Positions 1-10,421 are shown, numbered from the stretch's first letter. The stretch: DNA of 64,000 nucleotides from a virus (IMGVR_UViG_3300037455_000467:1-64000), one strand, 5' to 3'. Translations and numbers: made by a program. Notes: generated from the letters alone by a model not told the origin.

Positions 1-220
1 CTCTGAGCAGCTAAGAGCTGTAGAGAGTAGCATAGTGCATGATAGAGCTTAGTAAGCTAAATAGCAGCTATTAGAGGCTAATAGAGTCTTCTGAGAGAAT
101 ATGACCCTATAGTGCTCTGAGCAGCTAAGAGCTGTAGAGATACTGAACAGTAATGCAGAGCCTCTAGAAACCCTATAGTGAATCTCTAGAGGCTTCTACA
201 TTACGCGTTCAGATATGACC
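1..220. repeat. Non-coding repeat-rich region with a 26-bp direct repeat (1-26 and 115-140) and ACCCTATAGTG at 104-114 and 170-180
   Basis: CTCTGAGCAGCTAAGAGCTGTAGAGA occurs twice; no ORF; lies downstream of the last minus-strand gene. Confidence 0.7.
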
Positions 221-222
221 CA

Positions 223-540
223 TTAAACAGGAGCTGGCTTTGGGATCCAGTTATCGTAATCTGCTTTAGTTACTTTAACATAATTACCAGTAAGATTGAA
301 TTCGTCAACAATCTCATTAATTGCATCAAATATAGCCCGATTGTATTGAGCAGGACTATTTTCTTCAGATGTTTTAGCAATTCTAGCTAAGTATGATGCA
401 GTACAATAACCTAATCCAACACTTCCATCTGGATTTAAATGCCAGCCATTAGTAATGTCCCATGTATACCACTCTCTAAATTGAGTAAAAGGGCTCCATG
501 GATTATCGCTAGTAGTAAGCATATAATCTGCTTCATCCAT
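223..540 (-). CDS. Hypothetical phage protein
   Basis: 105-aa ORF co-directional with the RNAP gene (LTTSDNPWSPFTQF...YLARIA). Confidence 0.75.
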   Translation of the reverse strand: MDEADYMLTTSDNPWSPFTQFREWYTWDITNGWHLNPDGSVGLGYCTASYLARIAKTSEENSPAQYNRAIFDAINEIVDEFNLTGNYVKVTKADYDNWIPKPAPV

Positions 541-554
541 AAATATGACCCCCT

Positions 555-3362
555 TTACGCCGTTCTAGAAGAGTTAAGAATATTATTAACACTAGTCGTA
601 CTGATACCAAGTGCATCAGCAATCTCAGCTTGAGTAGCACCAGATGCTTGCATTGATTTAGCTCTAGATATGACCGAAGTAGTAATATTAGAATTAGTTT
701 TCGGCATTGCTAGTTCTCTAACTCTATCTGTATCAGCAACATTTAAAATATCTTCTAAACGAGTCTTATGTATTGCGCCAGCTTGAATGGCTTCCCATTC
801 ACTATCCTCAATGTATATATCGTTCTTTTTTGCACCAGTTCTTTCACGAGCTTCGCGAAGAGCTTGAGTACGCAATTTCTTTAAACTGTCTTCATCATCT
901 AAAATATCTGGATTAGCTTGTATTTTAGACTTTACAACAACATCTTGAATAAGCTGGGATTGACGCTCAAGCGGTTTATTTCTTTGTGAATTCTTAAATT
1001 TAGCATCCAAACTAGCTACTTCTTTAGAATATGTTTGTCGAGCAGATGCAGAATATGGCACGGATTCGGTATTAAGTGCCTCTTTTCTAGCAGTATTAGC
1101 CATAGCTTTTAATCTATTAGCATGATCTGCATAAATATTCTCCATTGTAGTTCCAGACGATAGAGAATATGCATCTTTGGCATATGCCATTTTAGTAGTC
1201 TTAGTTTGAGCTTTTATTTCCTTACCAGTTGGTTCTTTCTTACCAGTCTCAGGATTTTTCTTTCTTTCAGGATATGTCCGACCAGTTGGAATATATCTTC
1301 GTTCACCAGTACGCTTATCTGGCTTAATTTCTTTATACTCATCAACTCGAAGATCACTCTTGGCTTTAGATATAAGAGTAGATGCACCAGCATTTGGTCC
1401 ACCTTGATATCTTCGTTTAAGATCAGCAATACCATTTTCTCTTGCAGAACGTTTCCAATCCAAATTATGCTTCTCAGCATCAATAACTACCATTGAATGA
1501 CGAACTGCTCTAGCAATCTCATCATCGGGAGCACCCTTAATAGTCATGTCAGTAATAAGATTAGAAACTTTACCCATCTCTTGCTGTTTATCAAAGCCAT
1601 TTTTCTTAGAAGTTTCAGGCATTCCAGGATATGCCCGGTAAACTTCTTTAGGCTCGAAATTCTTAAGACCATCAAGAGGTGGTTGATTTTGAAGATTAGT
1701 TCCTTTTACAGGAATAACAAGAACAGTATCTCCATCAAAGTCTGCACCAGATAATATACCCGCAGTTTTAGAATTTATGCCCACAGCATCTGGAGAATTC
1801 TTACCAATTACTCGCTCAGCACTTTTAACATTATTGTTAACTGTTAATATAGGAATTTCAAAGCGACCAGCATGAGGATGACGAACTAATGCAACTTGTT
1901 CTCCATTTCGATAGTTGGGTGCAAATATCTCTGTCTCTTTAATACCCGGAACTGGTAATATAACGTGTGAAGATTGACGAGGAAGAGCAGCAGCTTTCAA
2001 ATGAACAGCAGCAGAATCGCATTCATCAGCAAACTCTTCCAATAATTTCTTTTTAACTGTTGGATTTGTAAGAGTAAGAATATCATCTAACTCTGCTTGA
2101 CGTGCATCAGCAGATATCTTTAGCTGTTGTTTAGCCATTGAAGGAAGTTGTTTAGATAAGAACTGAGAAGACAAAGTTGGAGCCCATGTTTCCCAGTCAC
2201 CTTCCTCATTAACAATATTTATGGCCGATAATTGCTTTTTACCATCTTTATCGGTAAAATATCTTTGTGCTAAACGAAGATCACTTTTAGCATCACCTTC
2301 ACGCTTAATAGTTGCGCCAAATGGATTATCCCAATCAATTTCTCCAGTTTCTTTATTAGTTTTAAGCTCTTTAAGAACACTATTATCTTTGTGACCAAAT
2401 ATAGGAGTGTCAGAATGCTTATTTGTATTAAATATGATGTCTACACCATCAGGCATGTCATCAGAATATACTGCCATACCTTTAAGATAGTGAGTATCAC
2501 CAACATTTATTCGAACTTGAGCATAATTAGCAGCACCTAATGAAATATCATCTACTCCACGACGAAGCTCGATAACACCATCTTTATCAATACCTCGTCC
2601 ACCATCAGGTCCAACTTCATCTGCAAAGCGAACTTTAACTCGACTAGGATCAACAGCTACTGGTTTCTCTAAACCGAGTTTAGACCTTGTAGTAGCGCTA
2701 TCAGTTTGATCATATGGAGCATTAATAAGACGAATATCGCCCCGATTAAAGTTTACATCAGCCCAAGTAGTATCTGGGGGACACAACACTTTAACAGTAG
2801 TATTCTTACCAGTACCTGCTTGAGTAACTTTAATCTTATGTACTGCATAACCTTCGCTCTCTAATTGAGCAACTGCATTATCTAGTACATAACGAGTAGT
2901 TCCTAAATATTCTTCTACTCCTGCTCCAACATCTAAATATCCTCCATTATTAAACAACTCAGTCTTAAGAAGCTCGGCAGTATCTCCAGAACGATTTGCT
3001 CTATCCTGAATATCTTCTTTAAGAAGATTACGAACTTGAGATTCGTTTATACCCATACGTCTAGCTGCTGCAGACTGAGAATATCCTTTGGCAATAAGTC
3101 TTTTTGCTTCTGCAACATCTTCTGCTCTATTTTCAGCACGAGCTCTAGACATCATAGCGATCATGTCATTTTTACTCATACCCATGCCACGAGCAATTTC
3201 TGCATCACTCATGCCTTTATGACGTAATTCAATAACATGAGCTCTAAAATTTGCATTACGCTGATATGGATTATCGCCAGATCCCCACGGATATCGCCCA
3301 GAATGCCGAGGAGTACCATAATGCATTAGAAACGCACTGTATTCTTCGTCCGTTACATCCAT
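555..3362 (-). CDS. Single-subunit two-barrel (YonO/cellular RdRP-like) RNA polymerase with HTH domains and an HxG leader
   Basis: Catalytic GADFDGD at 1728-1748, upstream VRHPHAGRFEI, second-barrel QVR...YLKGM; two N-terminal HTHs (GMSDAEIARGMG, GYSQSAAARRMG) and one C-terminal HTH (GATQAEIADALG). Confidence 0.85.
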   Translation of the reverse strand: MDVTDEEYSAFLMHYGTPRHSGRYPWGSGDNPYQRNANFRAHVIELRHKGMSDAEIARGMGMSKNDMIAMMSRARAENRAEDVAEAKRLIAKGYSQSAAARRMGINESQVRNLLKEDIQDRANRSGDTAELLKTELFNNGGYLDVGAGVEEYLGTTRYVLDNAVAQLESEGYAVHKIKVTQAGTGKNTTVKVLCPPDTTWADVNFNRGDIRLINAPYDQTDSATTRSKLGLEKPVAVDPSRVKVRFADEVGPDGGRGIDKDGVIELRRGVDDISLGAANYAQVRINVGDTHYLKGMAVYSDDMPDGVDIIFNTNKHSDTPIFGHKDNSVLKELKTNKETGEIDWDNPFGATIKREGDAKSDLRLAQRYFTDKDGKKQLSAINIVNEEGDWETWAPTLSSQFLSKQLPSMAKQQLKISADARQAELDDILTLTNPTVKKKLLEEFADECDSAAVHLKAAALPRQSSHVILPVPGIKETEIFAPNYRNGEQVALVRHPHAGRFEIPILTVNNNVKSAERVIGKNSPDAVGINSKTAGILSGADFDGDTVLVIPVKGTNLQNQPPLDGLKNFEPKEVYRAYPGMPETSKKNGFDKQQEMGKVSNLITDMTIKGAPDDEIARAVRHSMVVIDAEKHNLDWKRSARENGIADLKRRYQGGPNAGASTLISKAKSDLRVDEYKEIKPDKRTGERRYIPTGRTYPERKKNPETGKKEPTGKEIKAQTKTTKMAYAKDAYSLSSGTTMENIYADHANRLKAMANTARKEALNTESVPYSASARQTYSKEVASLDAKFKNSQRNKPLERQSQLIQDVVVKSKIQANPDILDDEDSLKKLRTQALREARERTGAKKNDIYIEDSEWEAIQAGAIHKTRLEDILNVADTDRVRELAMPKTNSNITTSVISRAKSMQASGATQAEIADALGISTTSVNNILNSSRTA

Positions 3363-3928
3363 GAGTCTTCCTCTTCCTTCTTTAAGTCAGTCATTAATAT
3401 ATCAAAATCATGAATTTTCTTCATAATCTGTAAAATATCTATGACTTCTGGAATGCATGACTGTACATCATCCAACTGATAGATACGCAATTCCATGTCT
3501 AATGAGTGTGGATCCATTCCATACTCAAGACAAAATAGTGCAGTATAAATATATAACTGTTTCATTGAAGCTATAGTTGTACCAGTTTTTAAATCATGAA
3601 TGCGTAACTTATGAGTTTTTTCATTATAGGATATAGCATCAGCAGTACCGAAACAATTATCTGAATAATATAGAATTTGTTCAGATGCCATACGATACCC
3701 TATTGCATCATTTACAAACATGTTTAATGTTTTATGAGTCGAAGGAAGTTTTTGTCTAAGCTTAATACATTGACTAGCAAATTCATGTAATTGTGTTCCA
3801 CGATACTTTGCTTGATTATTCCGATATACTTCACAAAGTTTATCGCCATCATAATTCAACCATGAATAATTACTAGCGCCTAAAAATGCATGCTTTCCAT
3901 CAAGATTGAAATGCTTGTTGAAGTTCAT
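3353..3928 (-). CDS. PD-(D/E)XK nuclease, DUF2800/Cas4-like exonuclease
   Basis: HAFLGAS...GTQLHEFA...FGTADAI...IHDLKTG motif series. Confidence 0.7.
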   Translation of the reverse strand: MNFNKHFNLDGKHAFLGASNYSWLNYDGDKLCEVYRNNQAKYRGTQLHEFASQCIKLRQKLPSTHKTLNMFVNDAIGYRMASEQILYYSDNCFGTADAISYNEKTHKLRIHDLKTGTTIASMKQLYIYTALFCLEYGMDPHSLDMELRIYQLDDVQSCIPEVIDILQIMKKIHDFDILMTDLKKEEEDSWM

Positions 3929-4193
3929 TTAACACCTCTTCTTTATTTTCTGGAAATATGAAATTAGCATATGACATGTTATTGAACTTGTCAACATAAT
4001 AATCTTGATTCGGTTGATGATGTGATTTAGAATATCTTTTGCATTCAAGCATTGCCCATTTGTCCTTATATAGGATTAATAAATCTGGAATACCTTGATA
4101 ATAGCTAGAATCATTCTTTAATACTACACATCCGGGAAATATCTTTTTAAGTTCACGTATTAAGGCCGATTGAAATTTACTTTCTTTATTCAC
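3900..4193 (-). CDS. VRR-NUC domain endonuclease
   Basis: [12 protein letters not shown]...GIPDLLIL...LECKR...QPNQDYY pattern; GTG start. Confidence 0.8.
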   Translation of the reverse strand: MNKESKFQSALIRELKKIFPGCVVLKNDSSYYQGIPDLLILYKDKWAMLECKRYSKSHHQPNQDYYVDKFNNMSYANFIFPENKEEVLNELQQAFQS

Positions 4194-4244
4194 ATCAGCC
4201 CTTTCTATATAGAAAAAAGAAAACCATAGTTTTTAACAAAAAAT

Positions 4245-4309
4245 TATAGGAGAAATAAACTCTTATTCAGAGTCTTATCTCCCCTATAATAGTCATAGTT
4301 TTTTCTGCG
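4245..4309 (-). promoter_or_regulatory. CGCA-type promoter motif (4283-4309) overlapping a long hairpin (4245-4288) followed by a T-tract
   Basis: Sense CGCAGAAAAAACTATGACTATTATAGGGGAGATAAGACTCT-gaata-AGAGTTTATTTCTCCTATA-ATTTTTTG. Confidence 0.6.
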
Positions 4310-4315
4310 CGGACA

Positions 4316-5572
4316 TTATGTCCGCAGGAAAGCTTTTTCATTAAATATCTTTTTGTTTTTTAATGCATGTAATATAGCTTTGTCTATTGATGAACCAGAA
4401 ACTAATCTATAATAATACAAATCAGAATATGGTGTATTAATTCTATCTATTCTTCCACTAGCTTGTTCCATAATCTTATATGAATAATTTAGAGAATAGA
4501 ATATAACCGTATCAGTCTCTGTACAATTCCAACCTTCAGCACCTGCTGTATACTGAACTAAATATACCCACTTATCAGTCTTTGGTATCATTTCATGCTT
4601 ATGGCCATTCCATTCAGCAATGGAATAATCAGACACTTCAAAATATCTTTGTGGAATACTTCTAAGCAATTCTAATTCACTATCTAAATTGTAAAAGATT
4701 ATTGCCTTATTATGTTTCTTCAGTAATTCAATAATTTTATCAATTCTAGAAAAATCATTATTAACAATCTTTCTTAAAATATAGCACAACTGTCCAGCAT
4801 CTCGAATTGGTTCATCTTCATATGGATTCCATCTATTCTTAAATGCTACGTCATAAATATCTTTGTCATAACCAACTTTAACATCTAACACATGTCTTTT
4901 AGTATGTCTAGAATCATTCATTTTAACTAAAATTTGTTTTCTAAATCTTATCAATCTATCGGTATCGACATACTTAATAATTTTAGGATACTTAGCAAAA
5001 CGATCAAATATAGCATGTTGTCTTAAAAATGCTGTTCTATTCTTATAGAATCCATTAGCTATAAATACTGGAATATAATCTGACCATGTATCACCTGGGG
5101 TTGCACTCAATAAAATCCATTGATTATTCTTAACAATTTTTAAATATGACCTAACCCAAGAACCAGCTCCAACAACTCTTTGTTCATCGAATATAAAGAA
5201 TGCATTAGTAACTGTTTCATACTTTCGAATATTATTCCATGAATCTACTGTAACCAAAATATGACCTAAACTAGAATTCCTATCAGTCGCTAAACAAAAC
5301 TTAGCAAACTCATCATGCCATTCTAATGTATCTCTTTTACGAGCTGTTGTAATAATATACAAATCTCTTGGGCGTAATGGAGTAGAATTCGTTGTATAGT
5401 TTCCTTGACAAACTTTATCCACAAAATATACGAGTGCGGTAATAGATTTGCCAGATCCAACTCCACCAACAAGTATTGAGCCATTCTTTAATTGTTCAAC
5501 AGCTTTCTTCTGTTCAGGACGTAACGTTATCATAGTCTTTCTAGCCACTAAGAGCCATTCTAAGAGCCTCAA
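4316..5572 (-). CDS. Superfamily 2 (SNF2/DEAD-like) helicase
   Basis: Walker A GGVGSGKS, motif II IFDEQR, motif III LSATP, GAEGWN, motif VI QASGRIDR. Confidence 0.9.
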   Translation of the reverse strand: MRLLEWLLVARKTMITLRPEQKKAVEQLKNGSILVGGVGSGKSITALVYFVDKVCQGNYTTNSTPLRPRDLYIITTARKRDTLEWHDEFAKFCLATDRNSSLGHILVTVDSWNNIRKYETVTNAFFIFDEQRVVGAGSWVRSYLKIVKNNQWILLSATPGDTWSDYIPVFIANGFYKNRTAFLRQHAIFDRFAKYPKIIKYVDTDRLIRFRKQILVKMNDSRHTKRHVLDVKVGYDKDIYDVAFKNRWNPYEDEPIRDAGQLCYILRKIVNNDFSRIDKIIELLKKHNKAIIFYNLDSELELLRSIPQRYFEVSDYSIAEWNGHKHEMIPKTDKWVYLVQYTAGAEGWNCTETDTVIFYSLNYSYKIMEQASGRIDRINTPYSDLYYYRLVSGSSIDKAILHALKNKKIFNEKAFLRT

Positions 5573-5637
5573 ATATCTTTTACGATTAATGTATCGCTAC
5601 TAAATACAGAGACCCTTAGAATGGCTTAAAATATCTT

Positions 5638-6126
5638 TTAGATCATCGATTCACTATCATCCGAATCAGGAATGTCATAATACTTCGACACGAACGGATC
5701 CTCAACTACAGTAGCATAAATAGCCTGAAGATATGCATTTACGCCACTATCACCATTAGGACGACGCCAACGATTCGGACGAATAACAATATCAACGTTC
5801 GAATACTCATAATCATCCAGCACACCAATAGTCTGCTCAGTAAGCGAACGCTTCGCATGCGAATTAATCAGCATTGCAATTGGGGCACGATACTTATACC
5901 CGATATTAACCTTAATATAACTAACCGGCTCAAATCCTTCACGAGGCTTAGTAGTCTTAACATTCATACCAAGCTCTAGAGCCTGTCGCAATGCCTCGCC
6001 CTCAAGAATAACATTAAAATTGCGCTCACCCTCATTATTATATGGACCAGCTGCTCCCTTAAAATTGGTATAGAAAATAAACTGAGCGTTAGGGATGTTG
6101 ATGGCGGGGAAATTATCACGAGACAT
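5638..6126 (-). CDS. Probable single-stranded DNA-binding protein
   Basis: Between polymerase and helicase; acidic C-terminal tail (DIPDSDDSESMI); beta-rich aromatic pattern. Confidence 0.5.
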   Translation of the reverse strand: MSRDNFPAINIPNAQFIFYTNFKGAAGPYNNEGERNFNVILEGEALRQALELGMNVKTTKPREGFEPVSYIKVNIGYKYRAPIAMLINSHAKRSLTEQTIGVLDDYEYSNVDIVIRPNRWRRPNGDSGVNAYLQAIYATVVEDPFVSKYYDIPDSDDSESMI

Positions 6127-6129
6127 AAA

Positions 6130-9100
6130 TTAACTCCTTACATACTTCGTCAAAATATCTGAAATATCAAAACCAAGATCACAAAGATCATAGTTCTTCT
6201 TAAAATGCGGACAATCAAAACATGAATCCATGGTTGAATCACCACAAGGCATTACCCATGGAATATCTTTTTGATCATCTACAAACCAATAATAGTCACC
6301 AAACTTAGAAATAGCTTCAACTGCTTCATCAACTAATGCATCAAAATATCCAGTATCAACATACTTCTCTGTTTCAGTACCTCGAATAAGTTCAGATTCT
6401 AAGAACCTGTAACCCTTAGTGCCACTTGCATATGATAGACGGCCATCTGATTCTATTCGTTTTAACTCACCTCCTCCATGTCCTGATAATATCGGACAGA
6501 AGGATCCAGTACGACCGACAAATATCGGATTAGATTCGCCTTCAGGCAATCGTTCATTCATATCCAAATAAAATGCCGATTTTGTGGAAAGAATTATGCA
6601 CATATCGTCGAATAGTATCTTATCATGTGAGAATATCTTTTTAAACACATATGGTTCCTGGAATTGTTTACCAGTAGCAGTCCACTTTCCTGGGGCTTGA
6701 GGAGACTTGACTGTTTGCTTGCCAACAAATACAGCATTATTAACCAAACAAATTTTCTCCCATTCAGCTTCAACTTCGAAAATATAACCGTATTTCTTTC
6801 CAAAGTCACAAACAAACTGTTCAATCTCAGGAGTTGGATCAGCAATCTTAATAGAATCTGTCTTAATATGAACTACTTTGAATCCACGTTTCTCAACTTC
6901 ATCCTGAAGAGTGCGCATAAATAATGCTCCACGTAATGCAACAATATTATTCTTATTGCGCTTATCTCTAAATGGATTATCAAATGAGGCTGATGTCAAA
7001 CCATACACAGAATTAATAGCAGTCTTTAATGCATTCGACAAGTCTTTCGCTTCATCTTTGTTCTTCAAATATGGCTTAAGCTTACCATCAAACAATTTAC
7101 CAACAGCATCATAATCGCCATGCTTAATATGAAGACGAATGTTAACTAGATCTGCAAATCTATCTGTATAGTCACCCAAATATCTTAGCTCGATAATAGA
7201 AGTTGGATGCATGGATGCGACATCATAAGTCACACAATGTTTATACATCCCGGGATTTGCATAAACCCATCCACCGCGACCAACATCATCGCCACGATAC
7301 ATGTTTTTACCATTACGATACTTATAGCCAGGAAAATCTTCTGATAAATCATGCCAATTAAGTTTAGGCTTTTTCTCTTTTCCAAATATAATTCTAGTAG
7401 TTAATGCATTTGTGGAATCATTAACTGTCATTCCAGCAATATCTGCTAGAATCTCACGTGCTCTGAAATCGCCATGAAGATGATTGAATACAGCTTCTGT
7501 AGATATAACGTCATTATCGCAATACTCAGCAACCTGTTCCCAATCTTTCTCATCTACTGGTTGATCCCAAGGAAGATTCAACTCCTGGTGATGAAGACCA
7601 AGCTCAATCTCCCATCGCTTAAGACTCTTCTTATGAGCAGCAGATGCAAAATCATATACATCAGTATATGACAAATTATAAGCTTCGCCAAATGTACAGT
7701 TAGCATTTCTATCATTACTAATTATCTTTTGACTTAGTGTGTAAAGTTCTTCATTATTGTATCCAATATATCGAGCATACAAAATATGATTATCATATCG
7801 ACGATTATTGAATCCAACAAGCTTGTATCCAAATATCTTTCCTACTTCTTCTGGAGTTGGGTTAATCATCCTTATACAAGTCGGATCTCCCTCAAACTTC
7901 CAATTTACAAGAAATAGATTAGGAAATACCTCAACATCAAAGAAAACGAGTCGTGGATCAATATACTTTCCATTAACATTCATGCTAGGTTCTTCTGACT
8001 TATATGGCATCTCGCTAGCAAGTTTCATACAATATTCGCTCTGATTAGTACTATTCATAGCAAATATCATTATTGCTTGCTTCATATCAGAAATATCATA
8101 AGATAGTCCAGCATCTTTAGCTTCATGAAGAATATGATTAATAAAATCTACACTTGGTTTTGTAGCTCCGAATTCTTTTGAAAGACTTCGCTTAATTAAT
8201 TCACGAAGAGCTCTCTCGCTTTTTACAGCGGCATGGTTCAGCACCTTTCGCTCCTCTCTTAATGGCAAACCACTATTTATCATTCTTATCGGAATTTTAT
8301 TACATGCTGTCAATTGTCTTCTTAAACTGCTATTACCATTAAAGACTTTTATTTCGATATCGTCAGAATATAACGGTCTCAAAGTATTTACATCACCATC
8401 ATAAATATAATGAAGATGTAATCCTTTACCGCTTTTACTATACTCTGCATATGTAGATGGCCACTCTGATGCAGCTTTCAAATTTAACTCTGCAGACTTT
8501 TCTCCTGTTTCTGGATCTTTAATATCAAAATCAATTACAATATGATTAGATGGCATTTTAACATAATGAAGAAAATGAGTATTGAGCATCTTCAACGTTC
8601 CATTAATATTCTCCCACTTTCTAAATGGAACACCATCTTCATTCGCATACTGTGCAGGACAATCTTTTAGAGTTTCATCCAATATAGAATTTAATCCAGC
8701 ATCATTAGTCAATTGTAACCATGGTGGTACTTCAAATTCATTAGAATCTCCAGTAATCATTTGAATATCTTTCTTGCCATCAATCTTCCAATTTAAGAAA
8801 CCTCTATATAAATTTGTAACATGATTTCCATCTACTGTAGTGCTAGAGATAAATTCTTCAAAATATTCTCTCAACTCTTGTTTAAACTTATGTTTTGGCA
8901 TCAAATATCTTAAACCAGATTCTTCTGTATACTCTTTAAACATTTGCCATGCACGTTTAAGAGTTACACCATTCTCTTCTTTAAATGTAAAATATGATTC
9001 CTCAACAAAGTTAAAGAAAATATCGGTTCGTTCCATCATGTCAGTAGATCGATATGCATCATAATAATGTATTCCGAGTTTCTTATAAACATCTAAACAA

Positions 9101-10068
9101 TGCTTTGCGATGGCTCCAAGTTCAAAATCAATAGCATCAACCAACTTAACATATTGGTTACTTGGAATCTTGACACCAGTAGGATTAATATCAATAAGAC
9201 GTCGAATCATTCCAGACTTTGCATCAGTAATTTGCACTGGAGAATTTGTTGCCAAAAATATAACGGCATTAATCTTAACATTATATGCAGCTTTATATAA
9301 TTCTCTTACTGGAATAGTTTCATGAGAAATTATTGAATTCAATCGAGTATTATTCTCAATATGACTAAGATTACTATCATACTCTAATGCAACTAATGGA
9401 TTATCCTTAAATGATGCTGTACTGAATGTTGCTGATCTACTTCCTAATGCTTCAGACTCAATGATACAATAATATCCGTCAAACAATTTCGAAATAATAT
9501 CAAGTATTGTTCCTTTACCAGATCCAGGAGCACCGTACAAAACATAAAACTTACTAATCTTCTTTGAATCTCCAGCAATGATTGATCCAATAGCCCATTC
9601 AATCTTTGTTCGCTCTTCTTCAGAATATAACGTCCCGACAAGTTCATCCCATGCAGAGTAATCTCCATCCTTTAGAGGATATGGAAGACGTTTACTAACA
9701 TAATCAGACATCTTTCGACTTTGATCAGAAAATGTCAACTCGCTATCTAACTCATGATAGTTATCGTACATCTCTTTTATAAACTTACGATAATTCGACC
9801 AAGCATGCGAAGTAAAGTTTGACATGTACTGAGCAGTTACAACACATTCATTAGATTCTTTTTCTTTTTCTAAATATAACGACAATTCTTTATCAACTAA
9901 TCTTTGCACGGTACTTTCATCTGTAGACCATAAACCTTTTTCTTCATCATATATTGCATAGAAAGCATGGCCACGAATCATGAAGTCTTTATGACGTCCA
10001 ATTATGAAGTCTGGATAGATTTCGTACCCTTTATTAGTATTTTTTTTACGAATTTTGAAGAAATCCAA
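6130..10068 (-). CDS. Fused SF3 (D5-like) helicase - primase - family B DNA polymerase
   Basis: GAPGSGKGT Walker A; central SKSGKGLHLHY primase-like motif; exonuclease FFDVEVF and GFNNRRYD; PolB YDVASMHP, KTAINSVYG, IKTDS. Start placed at TTG 10068 behind a GGGGGTGAG RBS. Confidence 0.85.
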   Translation of the reverse strand: MDFFKIRKKNTNKGYEIYPDFIIGRHKDFMIRGHAFYAIYDEEKGLWSTDESTVQRLVDKELSLYLEKEKESNECVVTAQYMSNFTSHAWSNYRKFIKEMYDNYHELDSELTFSDQSRKMSDYVSKRLPYPLKDGDYSAWDELVGTLYSEEERTKIEWAIGSIIAGDSKKISKFYVLYGAPGSGKGTILDIISKLFDGYYCIIESEALGSRSATFSTASFKDNPLVALEYDSNLSHIENNTRLNSIISHETIPVRELYKAAYNVKINAVIFLATNSPVQITDAKSGMIRRLIDINPTGVKIPSNQYVKLVDAIDFELGAIAKHCLDVYKKLGIHYYDAYRSTDMMERTDIFFNFVEESYFTFKEENGVTLKRAWQMFKEYTEESGLRYLMPKHKFKQELREYFEEFISSTTVDGNHVTNLYRGFLNWKIDGKKDIQMITGDSNEFEVPPWLQLTNDAGLNSILDETLKDCPAQYANEDGVPFRKWENINGTLKMLNTHFLHYVKMPSNHIVIDFDIKDPETGEKSAELNLKAASEWPSTYAEYSKSGKGLHLHYIYDGDVNTLRPLYSDDIEIKVFNGNSSLRRQLTACNKIPIRMINSGLPLREERKVLNHAAVKSERALRELIKRSLSKEFGATKPSVDFINHILHEAKDAGLSYDISDMKQAIMIFAMNSTNQSEYCMKLASEMPYKSEEPSMNVNGKYIDPRLVFFDVEVFPNLFLVNWKFEGDPTCIRMINPTPEEVGKIFGYKLVGFNNRRYDNHILYARYIGYNNEELYTLSQKIISNDRNANCTFGEAYNLSYTDVYDFASAAHKKSLKRWEIELGLHHQELNLPWDQPVDEKDWEQVAEYCDNDVISTEAVFNHLHGDFRAREILADIAGMTVNDSTNALTTRIIFGKEKKPKLNWHDLSEDFPGYKYRNGKNMYRGDDVGRGGWVYANPGMYKHCVTYDVASMHPTSIIELRYLGDYTDRFADLVNIRLHIKHGDYDAVGKLFDGKLKPYLKNKDEAKDLSNALKTAINSVYGLTSASFDNPFRDKRNKNNIVALRGALFMRTLQDEVEKRGFKVVHIKTDSIKIADPTPEIEQFVCDFGKKYGYIFEVEAEWEKICLVNNAVFVGKQTVKSPQAPGKWTATGKQFQEPYVFKKIFSHDKILFDDMCIILSTKSAFYLDMNERLPEGESNPIFVGRTGSFCPILSGHGGGELKRIESDGRLSYASGTKGYRFLESELIRGTETEKYVDTGYFDALVDEAVEAISKFGDYYWFVDDQKDIPWVMPCGDSTMDSCFDCPHFKKNYDLCDLGFDISDILTKYVRS

Positions 10069-10102
10069 CGACTCACCCCCTTTCAATATAAGCATGAGAA
10101 AA

Positions 10103-10320
10103 AACACCAAAAATTTTTGGTGTTAAAAAGTAAAATGGTGTAAAAATGGTGTAAAAGAAACTGCAGGTAGATGTGTATTTTTTTCTTAAAAATACCAAAA
10201 AACCATTTTTTTTCTAAATTTTAAAAAGTAATTTATAGTTTATATATATATATAAAAGATAACAAGAATTTTTTGGTTTTTCGCATTATTTTTGGACTTT
10301 TGTTACATTTTTACCTCTAT
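10103..10320. other. AT-rich intergenic region, candidate replication origin
   Basis: Perfect 22-bp palindrome AACACCAAAAATTTTTGGTGTT (10103-10124), tandem TAAAA(A)TGGTG, a (TA)n run, directly upstream of the primase-polymerase. Confidence 0.4.
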
Positions 10321-10421
10321 AAGGTTCATTAATGCGGGTCTAATGTCCGCACCATCAAGGCCATACAAATAACCATTTGCGTAAAATAACTCACATATTC
10401 CTTCAAATTCGACATCAATCT

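Noticed and set aside
10069-10110. ORF-track start of the replicase at 10110, and of the HHG gene at 37483
   Set aside because: Better RBS-supported starts exist at TTG 10068 and ATG 37450; the latter matches the paralogous MNDLYLMHHG start.
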